Shown here piece after piece: positions 1 through 9,222 of a stretch of DNA of 18,681 bases. Below the pieces are notes generated by a model that worked only from the letters and a program-made list of their open reading frames with translations, had not been told where the DNA came from and ran no database searches. Each line of letters opens with the position of its first letter. Within the stretch, counting starts at the first letter, position 1. The stretch lies in the NCBI GenBank assembly GCA_963745235.1, contig CAVUXE010000025.1, positions 1 to 18,681 of the forward strand, written 5' to 3'. The translations under genes were made by a program, and so were the position numbers. This stretch comes from an uncultured Spirochaetota bacterium. GTDB lineage: Bacteria; Spirochaetota; Spirochaetia; SZUA-6; Fen-1364.

Positions 1-50
1 CTATCTCCATTCTATACAATAAAATGAGAAACGCACGCTCGCATAGACCC

Positions 51-66
51 TGGCACAGCTCTTGCA
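51..66 (+). promoter_or_regulatory. sigma54 (RpoN) -24/-12 promoter
   Basis: TGGCAC-AGCTC-TTGCA matches the TGGCAC-N5-TTGCW consensus with GG-N10-GC spacing. It lies about 45 nt upstream of the PilZ ATG, which has an AAAGGAG RBS. Confidence 0.85.
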
Positions 67-109
67 TACCCTACTGTTGACTGCGGCATTCCAAAAAGGA
101 GTGTGCAAA

Positions 110-449
110 ATGGAATACGAAAGCGGACTGGAGAGAAGACATTTGCAGCGCTTTTCCGTCACTGCCTTCGCGGTGGTTAAGACTGTATCGTCAGGCGCGG
201 AAAAGGTGTTCGAGCTGCGCACGCAGGACATCTCCTCTGGAGGAGCGTTCTTCCCCATGGATGTGCCCCTGCCGGCAGGGGGAAAAGGTGAAGGTAACGC
301 TGTTTCTTTCCATCTCCGCCATCGAGCAGCTCCATGACATGCCCAAAGCCGCAAAGATCAGCACCGAGGGAGAAGTGATCCGATCCACAGAGCAGGGAGT
401 GGCTGTGAAGTTCGCGGAGCACTACACAATGTCACCTGCCGAGGCATAG
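110..449 (+). CDS. stand-alone PilZ-domain c-di-GMP receptor (one frameshift at about 280, G-run)
   Basis: Joining ORFs 62..337 and 261..449 gives MEYESGLERRHLQRF...QDISSGGAFF...EGEVIRSTEQGVAVKF. Both PilZ motifs, RxxxR and DxSxxG, are present. AAAGGAG RBS precedes ATG 110. Confidence 0.85.
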
Positions 450-472
450 GAACGAGCTGAAGGGAGTCTGAT

Positions 473-1096
473 ATGCCGTACCGACTGAACAAAGGCGTCT
501 TCGAGATCCGCTGCCGACATGCTCAATGTCCTTTCAATGCGCAGCTGGAAATCAAGGAAAACATCATGGGCATGACCGAGACGGATGTCCAGACCGAGGC
601 CTGGAAAATGGCCAAGGACATGGCCCATATCAAGCATGATTCGCTTCATATCGGGCGCGGGCACCCGTTGGAGAATCCAGAGATCCGCATGATTTCCGGA
701 AGCATCCAGCTCACCGGCGCTGGCCCCGTGAATGTTCCCGCCGGGGACCGAATGGAACAGCTGTACGTGAAAGAGTTCATGAAGGGCGATGTGATCCTGA
801 AGAAGGGTGACAACGCAAGCGCGGTGTGCGAGGTCCTCAAGGGCGCCGCCTATCCCACGCGCAACAAGCACCACCGCTACAAGGTGGGGGACTGCTTCGG
901 GGTTGCCGCGCTCCTTCCCAAGCGAGCCCGCATGACGGACGTCGTGGCCGGGGAGGACAAGACACGGATCGGGTTCTATCTCCTGTCAGACCTCAACAAG
1001 AAAGACCCTAGGAAAGCAAGCCAGGTACTGAATCGCGTCATCGAGGACACGCTGGACGTGATCGGGGAACTGGAAGAGAGCAGCTGCGAGGGTTGA
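473..1096 (+). CDS. cyclic-nucleotide-binding (CNB)-fold protein with N-terminal Cys/His-rich domain
   Basis: C-terminal FMKGDVILKKGD...VLKG...GDCFGVAALLPKRARMTDVVA fits the CNB pattern. N-terminal CRHAQC...HIKHDSLH...H. GGGAG RBS; 23 nt after the PilZ stop. Confidence 0.7.
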   Translation: MPYRLNKGVFEIRCRHAQCPFNAQLEIKENIMGMTETDVQTEAWKMAKDMAHIKHDSLHIGRGHPLENPEIRMISGSIQLTGAGPVNVPAGDRMEQLYVKEFMKGDVILKKGDNASAVCEVLKGAAYPTRNKHHRYKVGDCFGVAALLPKRARMTDVVAGEDKTRIGFYLLSDLNKKDPRKASQVLNRVIEDTLDVIGELEESSCEG

Positions 1097-1138
1097 TGAG
1101 GAAACCACAGGAGCCGCTCCGCTATGCGGCGCCGTCGC

Positions 1139-1175
1139 CGTGACCGCCGCGGTCGCCGCGACCACGGCGGTCACG
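1139..1175 (-). terminator. long GC-rich hairpin between convergent genes (stabiliser, terminator or REP-like)
   Basis: CGTGACCGCCG-C-GGTCGC-C-GCGACC-A-CGGCGGTCACG. The single mismatch becomes a U-G pair on the minus strand. It starts 3 nt after the HD-GYP stop and has no U-tract. Confidence 0.55.
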
Positions 1176-1178
1176 CTC

Positions 1179-2210
1179 TCAGGGAACGGCTCCTGATCTG
1201 CAGAGCTTGATCAGTGCTTTTACGACATCGGGATCGAACTGGACCCGGATCCCTTCCTGATCTCCTGAATTGCCGCTTCCTGACCCAGGCGCTCCCGGTA
1301 GGGCTTGTCTCTCGTCATGGCCTCGAATGCGTCCGCAACGGCGATGATTCGGCTGGACCGCGGTATGCCCGTGCCCGGACAGTCCTTCGGGGTATCCCGT
1401 GCCATCGAACTTCTCATGGTGGTGGACCACCTGGGGAATGGCCCTTTCAAGGAAGGGGATCCCCTCGATCATCTTCTTTCCCCTCTCCGTGTGCGTCTTT
1501 ACCCTTCGGTACTCACTCGGCGCAAGGGGTCCGGGTTTTTCCACCAGGCCCTCCGGCAGCGCCAGCATTCCAAGGTCATGAAGGAGCGTGCTGAGCTCCA
1601 GGATGAGAAGCTCCTCTTCGGCCAGCCCCAATTCCTTGCCAATGGCTTTCGCAATGTCCGTTACCCGCCGGGTCCGGCCGCTGGTCTGAGCATCACGCCG
1701 CTCAATGGCTTGGACCACCATGGTGATGGTGTCCAGGTGCGCCCGGTAGAGCAGCCGGTTCCTCTGCTGCAGGTGCGAGATGAGAAGCGCATCCGTGTCC
1801 CGTAATCTCGCACTGAGCTCCTTCATGACGCGAAAGGCGAGCAGCGGGGCTTTGTGCAGGAGAGTTTCGAAATTGGACCGCGATATCTCCAGGACCGTGG
1901 TTGACTCCAGGGCGCGGGCGGAGGCGGACCGGGGCCTCTCGTCAAGGAGTGCCATCTCCCCGAAGAAATCACCGTCGCTCTGGACGGCAAGAACGAGCTC
2001 CTCACCCTGTTCCAGCTTTTTCGTGATCTCTATCTTGCCCCGGGAGATGATGAAGAACCGATCCGCTTCGGAGAGCTCCTTGATGATGAGCGAGCCTTTT
2101 CGATAATTCTTCACCTCGACGATCTCTGCGATCTGGCGCAGATCCGCCTCGGGGACTTCCGCGAAAAACGATATTTCTTTGAGCTTCTGGAGAGGGGGAT
2201 TCTTCGTCAC
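1179..2210 (-). CDS. cNMP-binding domain + HD-GYP domain protein (two compensating frameshifts at about 1375 and 1244)
   Basis: CNB motif FFGEMALLDERPRSASA; HD-GYP motifs LLHDLG and HHHEKFDGTGYPEGL; RIIAVADAFEAMTRDKPYR lies in the alternate frame (ORF 1220..1450), then QFDPDVV. Start inferred at GTG 2210. Confidence 0.88.
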   Translation of the reverse strand: MTKNPPLQKLKEISFFAEVPEADLRQIAEIVEVKNYRKGSLIIKELSEADRFFIISRGKIEITKKLEQGEELVLAVQSDGDFFGEMALLDERPRSASARALESTTVLEISRSNFETLLHKAPLLAFRVMKELSARLRDTDALLISHLQQRNRLLYRAHLDTITMVVQAIERRDAQTSGRTRRVTDIAKAIGKELGLAEEELLILELSTLLHDLGMLALPEGLVEKPGPLAPSEYRRVKTHTERGKKMIEGIPFLERAIPQVVHHHEKFDGTGYPEGLSGHGHTAVQPNHRRCGRIRGHDERQALPGAPGSGSGNSGDQEGIRVQFDPDVVKALIKLCRSGAVP

Positions 2211-2343
2211 GGGCCATATAGTATAGGCGCGAAAGAGCTCTGGACACAAGAATGCATCTCCTGGCGCATCCCGCGCGCCCCGCCCGCAACCGTGCTCCTC
2301 GCACATCCCGCGCGTCCTCGCACCATGCGCCCGCCTGCATACC

Positions 2344-2371
2344 TTGATATTGCGGTGAAAGTCCTTACTAT
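2344..2371 (+). promoter_or_regulatory. putative sigma70 promoter of the enhancer-binding protein gene
   Basis: TTGATA-N16-TACTAT, 15 nt upstream of ATG 2386. Confidence 0.4.
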
Positions 2372-2385
2372 GTCAGGAAAGCTCA

Positions 2386-3769
2386 ATGAGCACGTTCCTG
2401 ATTCTGGACCAGGACGCCGATCATCTGCTCGGACATCTGCAGCTTTTTCCACAGCATCGGCCATTCCATGTACAGGGCCTCGGATTTCGCCGGCGCCCTC
2501 GCCCTGCTGGAAAAACGCTCCTACGACGTCATCATCAGCAGCGCATCGATCATCGGGGGAACGATCCATGACCTGGTGGCCGGCGGTGAAGCCGCGAAGA
2601 CCCGGAGACCGCCATCATCGTCAACGCGGATCTCCAGACCACGCAGGAGGCCGTCCAGGCGGTGCGGGAAGGGGCGTTCAGCATACTGCAGAAGCCCTTC
2701 AGCATCCCCGAGCTGAACTTCCAGATCAAGAGGGCCCTCGAGAAGACGGAGCCAGAAGACGCCGCTCCCGGACGCCGGCGGGGCTTCGCCAGGAGGTCTA
2801 CCAGCCCTACAACTTCATCGGGGAGAGCCCCCAGATCAAGAAGGTCTTCCGGATCGTCAACAGGGTTGCCCGCACGGACTCGAGCGTGATCATTGTCGGG
2901 GAGACGGGGACGGGGAAGGAGCTCGTGGCGGGTGCCATCCACTACAACAGCCCGCGCGCCGACGGCCCCTTCGTGCGGGTCAACTGCGCCGCGCTGCCGG
3001 AGCAGCTCCTGGAAAGCGAGCTCTTCGGGTACGAGAAGGGCGCTTTCACCGGCGCGGACCGGGTCCGCGCGGGCAGGTTCGAGCACGCCAACGGCGGCAC
3101 CATCTTTCTGGACGAGGTGGCGGACATGAGCCCGTCCACCCAGGCGAAGGTTCTCCGGGTCATCCAGGAGAAGGAGTTCGAGCGGCTCGGTTCCAACGAG
3201 ACGGTGAAGACCGACGTCAGGATCATCTCGGCAACGAACAAGGACCTGATGGAGAGGATGCGGCAGGGCCTCTTCCGGGAAGACCTCTACTACCGGCTGA
3301 ACGTGGTGACGATCCGCCTCCCGCCGCTGCGTGAGCGGGAAGGGGACATCGCGCTCCTGGTGCAATTCTTTCTCCAGAGGATATCCTCGGAGATGGACAA
3401 GGCGGTCAGCGGAATCGAGCCCGCGGCCATGAAGATGCTGACCGGCTACCATTGGCCCGGCAACATCCGGGAGCTGGAGAATACCATCGAACGCGCCATC
3501 CTGCTCGCGGAGGGTGACACCATCACCGCCGAAGACATCGAGCTTTTCTTTGTCGGGGAGCCGCGGGCGGAAGAGGGGCATGATCAGGCTTCCCCGGCAA
3601 GGGGATACGGCTGGAGGACGCCGAGCGGGAGCTGATCAGGCAGGCGCTGCAGCGCACCTCCTGGGTTCAGAAGGAGGCAGCTGGCCTTCTCGGCGTTTCA
3701 ACGCGCGCGCTGAATTACAAGATCAAGCATTTCGGTTTCACGCACCCCGGGTGGAAGCAGAACAGGTAG
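2386..3769 (+). CDS. sigma54-dependent enhancer-binding protein (atypical REC - AAA+ - Fis HTH), several frameshifts
   Basis: Walker A GETGTGKE, ESELFGYEKGAFTGA, Walker B IFLDEV, FREDLYYRLNV, WPGNIRELEN. REC fragments MSTFLILDQD / YDVIISSAS / ILQKPFS lie in ORFs 2386, 2468 and 2662. HTH AAGLLGVSTRALNYKIK ends at TAG 3769. Confidence 0.9.
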
Positions 3770-3788
3770 GACCGGGAGAGGATCCCGG

Positions 3789-4509
3789 ATGGAGGAGAAC
3801 ACGACAATCGATTCCGGCCAGAAGACCATTCGGAAGAACCTGCTCACCACGCTGAAAGAGAGCGGCCGACTTGGATCTACCGCGTTCCTGCTCGTCCTTT
3901 CGGTGTACTGCGTTCTCCTGTCGGCGTTCAGGTTGCTGTACACGGGCACGTATGGATACCTGTCCCTGAACTGGAACCTGTTTCTGGCTTTTTTTCCCTG
4001 GCTGCTCACAAGCGTGGCAGTGCTCAGGAAAATGCAGAGCAGGATCGCCATCCTCGTCATCATGGCCGTGTGGCTCCTGTTCTTTCCCAATTGTCTTTAC
4101 ATACTGACCGATCTCGTTCACCTGCGCCAGGATCGAGAATGCCCCTCTCTGGCTGGACCTCATCGTTGTGCTCTCGTTTGCCTGGGCGGGTCTCTGCTTC
4201 GGCTTCCTGAGCCTGATGGACATCGAGCGCTTCATGAAGGAGAAGTTTCGCGCGGACGCGAAGACCGTGGCGATCCTTTCAGTGTGCATGATCTACGTGG
4301 CAGCCTTTGGCATCTACATAGGACGTTTCTGGAGGTGGAACAGCTGGGACCTCGTGGGAAATCCAGCTCGCGTGGTTCACGACATGTTCGATCGCTTCAC
4401 CGGCGCGGGGCACAGCTACCGCATCATTGGATTCACGACTCTCATGGGGACCCTTCTCAACCTCATGTATTTTCCCCTCAGGTACATGAGGCGAAACCCA
4501 GCGGCGTGA
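3789..4509 (+). CDS. DUF1361-like integral membrane protein (frameshift at about 4135)
   Basis: Motifs WNLFLAFFPW, WLLFFPNxxYILTDLVHL and GIYIGRFWRWNSWD recognised from the DUF1361 family; joins ORFs 3789 and 4168..4509. Confidence 0.75.
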
Positions 4510-4552
4510 CTGGGCGAGGATCACCCGACCGCGTGACTGGGCAAGGATCACC
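4504..4552. repeat. 22-bp direct repeat x2, period 27
   Basis: GCGTGACTGGGC(G/A)AGGATCACC at 4504 and 4531; the first copy contains the upstream gene's TGA. Confidence 0.85.
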
Positions 4553-4579
4553 TGCTGCCTTCACGGTGGACTCGGACTA

Positions 4580-4659
4580 CCGCTCCGCCTCTGGCCGCAC
4601 GGGTCCTCATTCCAGCCTCCCGCTCCCTCTCTGGCCGCACGAGTCCTTATTCCAGCCTC
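4580..4659. repeat. 40-bp imperfect tandem duplication
   Basis: CCGCTCCGCCTCTGGCCGCACGGGTCCTCATTCCAGCCTC followed by CCGCTCCCTCTCTGGCCGCACGAGTCCTTATTCCAGCCTC; the second copy contains the permease stop codon. Confidence 0.85.
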
Positions 4660-5787
4660 TTCCTGAACCGCAGCACGCTCGCCGCAATGACAACCACTCC
4701 AATTGCGGCGAGCGCGGCTGTCTCCCTCCACAGCTCGGCAAAGCTCACTCCCTTGAGGAAAAGCCCGCGGATGATGACGAAGTAGTAGCGCAGCGGAAAT
4801 ATGTAGGTGACCGCCTGGATGACGGGCGGCATGCTCTCAATGGGGAACACGAACCCGGAGAGGATGATCATGGGCATCATGAAAAAGAACATGGAGATCA
4901 TCATGGCCTGCTGCTGCGTGCGGGCAACCGTGGAAACGAACAGCCCCATTCCCAGCGAGCTGAGCATGAACAACAGGGAAAGCGCGTAGAGCACCAGGAG
5001 GCTCCCCCGCACGGCAATCCCGAACAGCAGGAGACTGGCGATCAGCACCACCGTGATGATGACCAGGCTGATGAGGGCGAAGGGCGCGAGCTTGCCGATG
5101 ATGAGCTGCCCGGGGCGTGATGGGGGTCACGATGAGCTGCTCCAGCGTGCCAAGCTCCTTTTCCTTGACGATGGCCAGGGAGGTCAGGATGGTCGTGATG
5201 ATCATGAGGATCATCGCCAGGACGCCGGGCACCATGAAGTTCCTGCTGGCAAGCGTCGGGTTGTACAGGACGCGGACGGCCGGGTCCACCTGCACGGACT
5301 TGACCTGGCGCAGCACGCGGGGGTCCAGGCCGGAAAGCCTGGCCGCCGCCCGCGCGGTCTGCGCGCGGGAGACGATCAGGGTGGCGTAGGTGAGCCCGAT
5401 GGCCGCGGACTGGGAATCCGAGCCGTCGGCCAGGAGCTGCAGCGGCGCGCTCTTTGTCCCGTCCAGCGACCTGCCGAACCCGGGCGGGATGACGAGCGCC
5501 AGGGAGGATCTTCCCTCCTCTATGCTTCGCTCCGCGCTCTGCGCGTCAGGCACGTACACGCTTGCGACGTAGCTTCCGGACTCCAGGAAGCTGGCGACAA
5601 GCTGCCTGCTTTCCACGCTGTGGTCCTGGTCGCAGATGGCCAGGGGGATGTCCTTCACATCCATGTTTGCCGCGTACCCCAGGAGCGCAATCTGCAGGAC
5701 GGGGGACAGGAAGATCAGGGGAAGGAGCCGACGGTCCCGGCGCAGCTGCTGGAACTCCTTTCGGATGATGAAGCGGATGGTCCTCAT
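4647..5787 (-). CDS. ABC-2 type exporter permease (YbhR/YbhS-like), frameshift at about 5110
   Basis: IRKEFQQLRRDRR, LLGYAANMDV, VLYNP...FMVPGV, AIVKEKELGTLEQLIVTP; C-terminus in ORF 4647..5051 (LSGFVFPIESMP). Confidence 0.9.
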
Positions 5788-6917
5788 TTGCCCCTCCTCA
5801 GGCGAAGCACGCTGAGCCCGCCCATTACGGCCGCGAAGATGAGGAGCGCCAGCACCTGGTCACCGAAGGCCTGGAAGCCGACCCCCTTCACCATGATCGC
5901 GCGCAGCGCGGCAAGGTAGTACCTGCCCGGCAGCAGGTAGCTGACTGCCTGGATGACAACGGGCATGTTGCGGAAGGGAAAGACGAACCCGGAGAGGATG
6001 AATGTCGGCAGAAGCGTGAGCAGGGAGGAGAGGAGAAAAGCCACCTGCTGGCTGTCGGATATCGTGGACAGGAAGACGCCGAAGGCGAGGCAGCCGAAGA
6101 GAAAGATCAGCGTCACCACGCTGAGGTCCAGCCAGCTCCCCTTCACCGTCACTCCGAAGAGCAGGCGGCTGGTTGCCAGGATGGTGGCCGCTGCCACCAG
6201 GCTGATGAAGAGGTACGGCACCGTCTTCCCGAGGATCAGCTCCATGGGCTGCACCGGGGAGACGATGATCTGCTCCATGGTGCCCCTCTCCTTTTCCCGC
6301 ACGATGGAAAGGGTGGTGGACAGCACTGCCGTCATCATGAGGATGAGGACAATCAGGCCGGGGATCAGGAAATTGGCGCTTCGAAGCTCGGGGTTGAACA
6401 GGACGCGCGGGCGGAAATCTATGGTGGTCTTCATCCCCGTGACGCCGGCCCGCTCCAGGGAGCGCACGAAGGCGCGCTGCGAGTAGTCTGCCGCAACCGC
6501 CTGCACGTAGCCGATTGCCGTTGCCGCCGTGGTGCCGTTGGACCCGTCCACAATGGCCTGAACCTCCGACCCTCTCCCCGTTTCCCACGGCTCTCCCGAA
6601 GTCTTTCGGGATGACAAGCGCAACGAGCACGCTGCCCCTCGTCCAGGAGGCCGTCGATCTGGGACTCCCTGTCCAGCACCTGCTTCAGGTCGAAATACTC
6701 GGAGTGCAGAAACGACTGCAGGAACTCCCTGCTTGACGGCGTCTTGTCCCGGTCAAGGACGGCCATCTGGATGTGCTTGACGTCCAGGCTGATGGCAAAC
6801 CCGAACATGAGGAGAAGGAAGAAGCGGCACTACCAGGAGCATCCCGAGGGTGGCTGGGTCCCGCGATACCTGGCGAAGCTCCTTGACCATGATGGTTGCA
6901 ATCCGCGCGCGGTTCAT
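5784..6917 (-). CDS. ABC-2 type exporter permease (YbhS/YbhR-like), frameshifted
   Basis: [21 protein letters not shown] (ATG 6917), FGFAISLDVKHI, FNPELRSANFLIPGL, SIVREKERGTMEQIIVSP, LSGFVFPFRNMP. Start and stop overlap both neighbours. Confidence 0.88.
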
Positions 6918-7894
6918 GCCTTCGCCTCTCCGTTTCGATCTATCAGCCGGATGAAGACGTCTTCCAGGGAAGGGACGATGCGGGCGTAGGCGCTCACCGT
7001 CAGCCCGGCGGAGCGCAGCGCGGCCACCGCGGCCTCCACGTCCTGGTCCTTGTCCAGGCTGACGTGCAGCCGGGTGGCAAAAATCGCCGTCTCCCTGACC
7101 TCTGGCACCCCGCGCAGCGTGGACATCCCCGCCACAGGATCGGAACACTCCACCTCGAAGACGCTTCCGGTGATCACCTCGCGCTTGAGCGCTCCGGGGC
7201 TTCCCTGCGCGACAATCCTGCCGGCGTGCATGAGGACCAGCTCGTTGCAGTACTCCGCCTCGTCCAGGTAGTGGGTGGTCACCAGGACCGTCGTGCCGGC
7301 CTGTGCCAGCTCGTTGATGACGTCCCAGAAGAGCCTGCGGGAGATGGGGTCGGTGCCTCCCGTGGGCTCATCCAGGAACACGATGCCGGGGTGATGAAGC
7401 ATGGCGCAGCCCAGGGCGAGGCGCTGCTTCCAGCCGCCGGAAAGCTCCCGCGTGAGGACCCTTTCCCTGCCTTCCAGCCCGGCCAGGCGGACAGTCTCTC
7501 TCTGTCTCTCGGCGAGCTCCCGGTCGGAAAGCCCGTACACGCCGCCGAAGAACCTGATGTTCTCCTCCACGGTGAGGTCGTTGTACAGGGAGAATCTCTG
7601 CGACATGTAGCCGATTCTGCGTTTCACGCCTTCGGGATTCCGGGCGATGTCTATTCCCGCCACTGATGCCGTTCCCGATGTCGGGGCAAGGAGGCCGCAG
7701 AGCATCCGGATGGTGGTGGACTTTCCCGCTCCGTTTGCGCCCAGGAGGCCGAAGATGCTCCCCGCCGGCACGTCGAAGGAGACGGAGTCAACCGCCACGA
7801 ACGAGCCGAAGCGCTTGGTGAGCTTCTCCGTGTGGATTGCGTTCTCCGCCGCTGCCTCCGCCGAGCCCGCGCCCCCGTCCCTGAACGAGATCAC
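6914..7894 (-). CDS. ABC transporter ATP-binding protein (like the YbhF C-terminal half)
   Basis: Walker [10 protein letters not shown], signature LSGGWKQR, Walker B VFLDEP, H-loop [10 protein letters not shown]-terminal PSLEDVFI. Confidence 0.93.
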   Translation of the reverse strand: MISFRDGGAGSAEAAAENAIHTEKLTKRFGSFVAVDSVSFDVPAGSIFGLLGANGAGKSTTIRMLCGLLAPTSGTASVAGIDIARNPEGVKRRIGYMSQRFSLYNDLTVEENIRFFGGVYGLSDRELAERQRETVRLAGLEGRERVLTRELSGGWKQRLALGCAMLHHPGIVFLDEPTGGTDPISRRLFWDVINELAQAGTTVLVTTHYLDEAEYCNELVLMHAGRIVAQGSPGALKREVITGSVFEVECSDPVAGMSTLRGVPEVRETAIFATRLHVSLDKDQDVEAAVAALRSAGLTVSAYARIVPSLEDVFIRLIDRNGEAKA

Positions 7895-9222
7895 TGTCCC
7901 ACCGCCCTCTCCAGCGCGGCCCGCGCCACCTGGCAGTCGAACAGCGCGCCGTCTTCCCTGAGGCGCGCCCGCACCAGCAGGGTCTGCGCGTCCAGGCTTT
8001 CCGAGGAAAGCGCGACGCCCTGGCGGTATCGCTCCTGCGTCACCCTGTCGTTCTCCTCTGCCTGCGCTGTCTCCTGGTGGAGCGCGGCCAGCCGTCCCAC
8101 CGCCTCGTTGAGCGTGACATAAGCGCGGATGACGTCCGTCGTCACTCCATCCGCGATCTTGCGTGAGCTCTGCTCCGCCTGCGTGAGCTTGTTCCTTGCC
8201 TGCTCCTCCTGGGCAAGGACCTGGGGATAGCGGCCAAGGTCTATCGAGGCCTGGATCCCGAGGGACCAGGTCCCCACGAACTGGTCGGACGGCGGGAACA
8301 CCCGCTGGTTGGGGTCCGCAAGCGTGTAGTCTCCCGTGAGGGAGATGCTCGGGAAGAGGCCGGCCCGCGCGAGGTCCACCCCGGCCTCGGATGCGCTCAC
8401 CCGGGAACGCGACGCCTGGATCTCCGGGCGCGAGGCAACGGCGCGCGTCACGAGATCCTGGAGGCTGTCGGAGGGCGCATTCACCGTCAGGGCCGCATCG
8501 TCGGGAATATCCACTCCGTCGCTCCAGGGAAGCCCGATGAGAATTGCCAGGCGGGACCGCGAAATCTCCTCTGCGCTTTGCGCGCTTGCCAGCTCGATCT
8601 TCGCGTCCTCCAGGCGCATCTGTGCCTGCAGCACGTCGTTGTTCGTTGCCATGCCCTGGTCAAGGAGCTTGCGCGCGTCCGCAAGATGTGTGTCCGCCTG
8701 CGCCACGCTCTGCGCGATGGCCTGCGCCTGCGTCTTTGCCTTTGCCAGGTTCCAGAAGGCCTCCGTGATGGAGTAGCGCAGGTCCAACCTGCTCTTACCG
8801 AGGTCCCCCCTGCTGGAATCCCGCAGGGCCTCCGCCTGCCTGATCGAGCTTGCGATGCGCGTCCCCGTGAAAAGAGGCTGCTGCAGGGCGAGCTTGATGC
8901 TGGTGTTGTTGTCCAGGCTCGGGGGGAACGTTATGGGCTGCGGGATGAACGGGACAGACAGGCTGCCGGGAGCCACGTCAGAGAGCCGCGCGTACCCGCC
9001 CTGCAGAGACAGGGAGGGCAGGTACTGGCCCTGCATCTCGCGGATCTTCGCCTCCGCAATCCGCGTTTCAAGCTCATCCGCGCGGAGCCCCGCATCGTTT
9101 GCAAAGCCCAGGCGAAGGCATTCCTCCAGGCTCACCACGACGCGCGGCGCCTCCGCTTGTGCGGGGAGGGCAGGGGCGGCGCACAGCGCAACTGCCACCG
9201 CCGCCAGGATGCTCGCTCTCAT
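7891..9222 (-). CDS. TolC-family outer membrane efflux protein
   Basis: Signal peptide [23 protein letters not shown] with GAGGT RBS; OEP repeats ([38 protein letters not shown]). It is the C-terminal part of ORF 7891..9870. Confidence 0.88.
   Translation of the reverse strand: MRASILAAVAVALCAAPALPAQAEAPRVVVSLEECLRLGFANDAGLRADELETRIAEAKIREMQGQYLPSLSLQGGYARLSDVAPGSLSVPFIPQPITFPPSLDNNTSIKLALQQPLFTGTRIASSIRQAEALRDSSRGDLGKSRLDLRYSITEAFWNLAKAKTQAQAIAQSVAQADTHLADARKLLDQGMATNNDVLQAQMRLEDAKIELASAQSAEEISRSRLAILIGLPWSDGVDIPDDAALTVNAPSDSLQDLVTRAVASRPEIQASRSRVSASEAGVDLARAGLFPSISLTGDYTLADPNQRVFPPSDQFVGTWSLGIQASIDLGRYPQVLAQEEQARNKLTQAEQSSRKIADGVTTDVIRAYVTLNEAVGRLAALHQETAQAEENDRVTQERYRQGVALSSESLDAQTLLVRARLREDGALFDCQVARAALERAVGQ

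Noticed and set aside
2386-3769. Naming the bEBP fleQ, ntrC or rrp2
   Set aside because: The family is clear, but orthology cannot be established by eye and the diagnostic FleQ motifs are not seen.
3789-5120. 443-aa ORF as a single long protein
   Set aside because: After about 4135 it is out-of-frame read-through that runs across the repeats and antisense to the permease.
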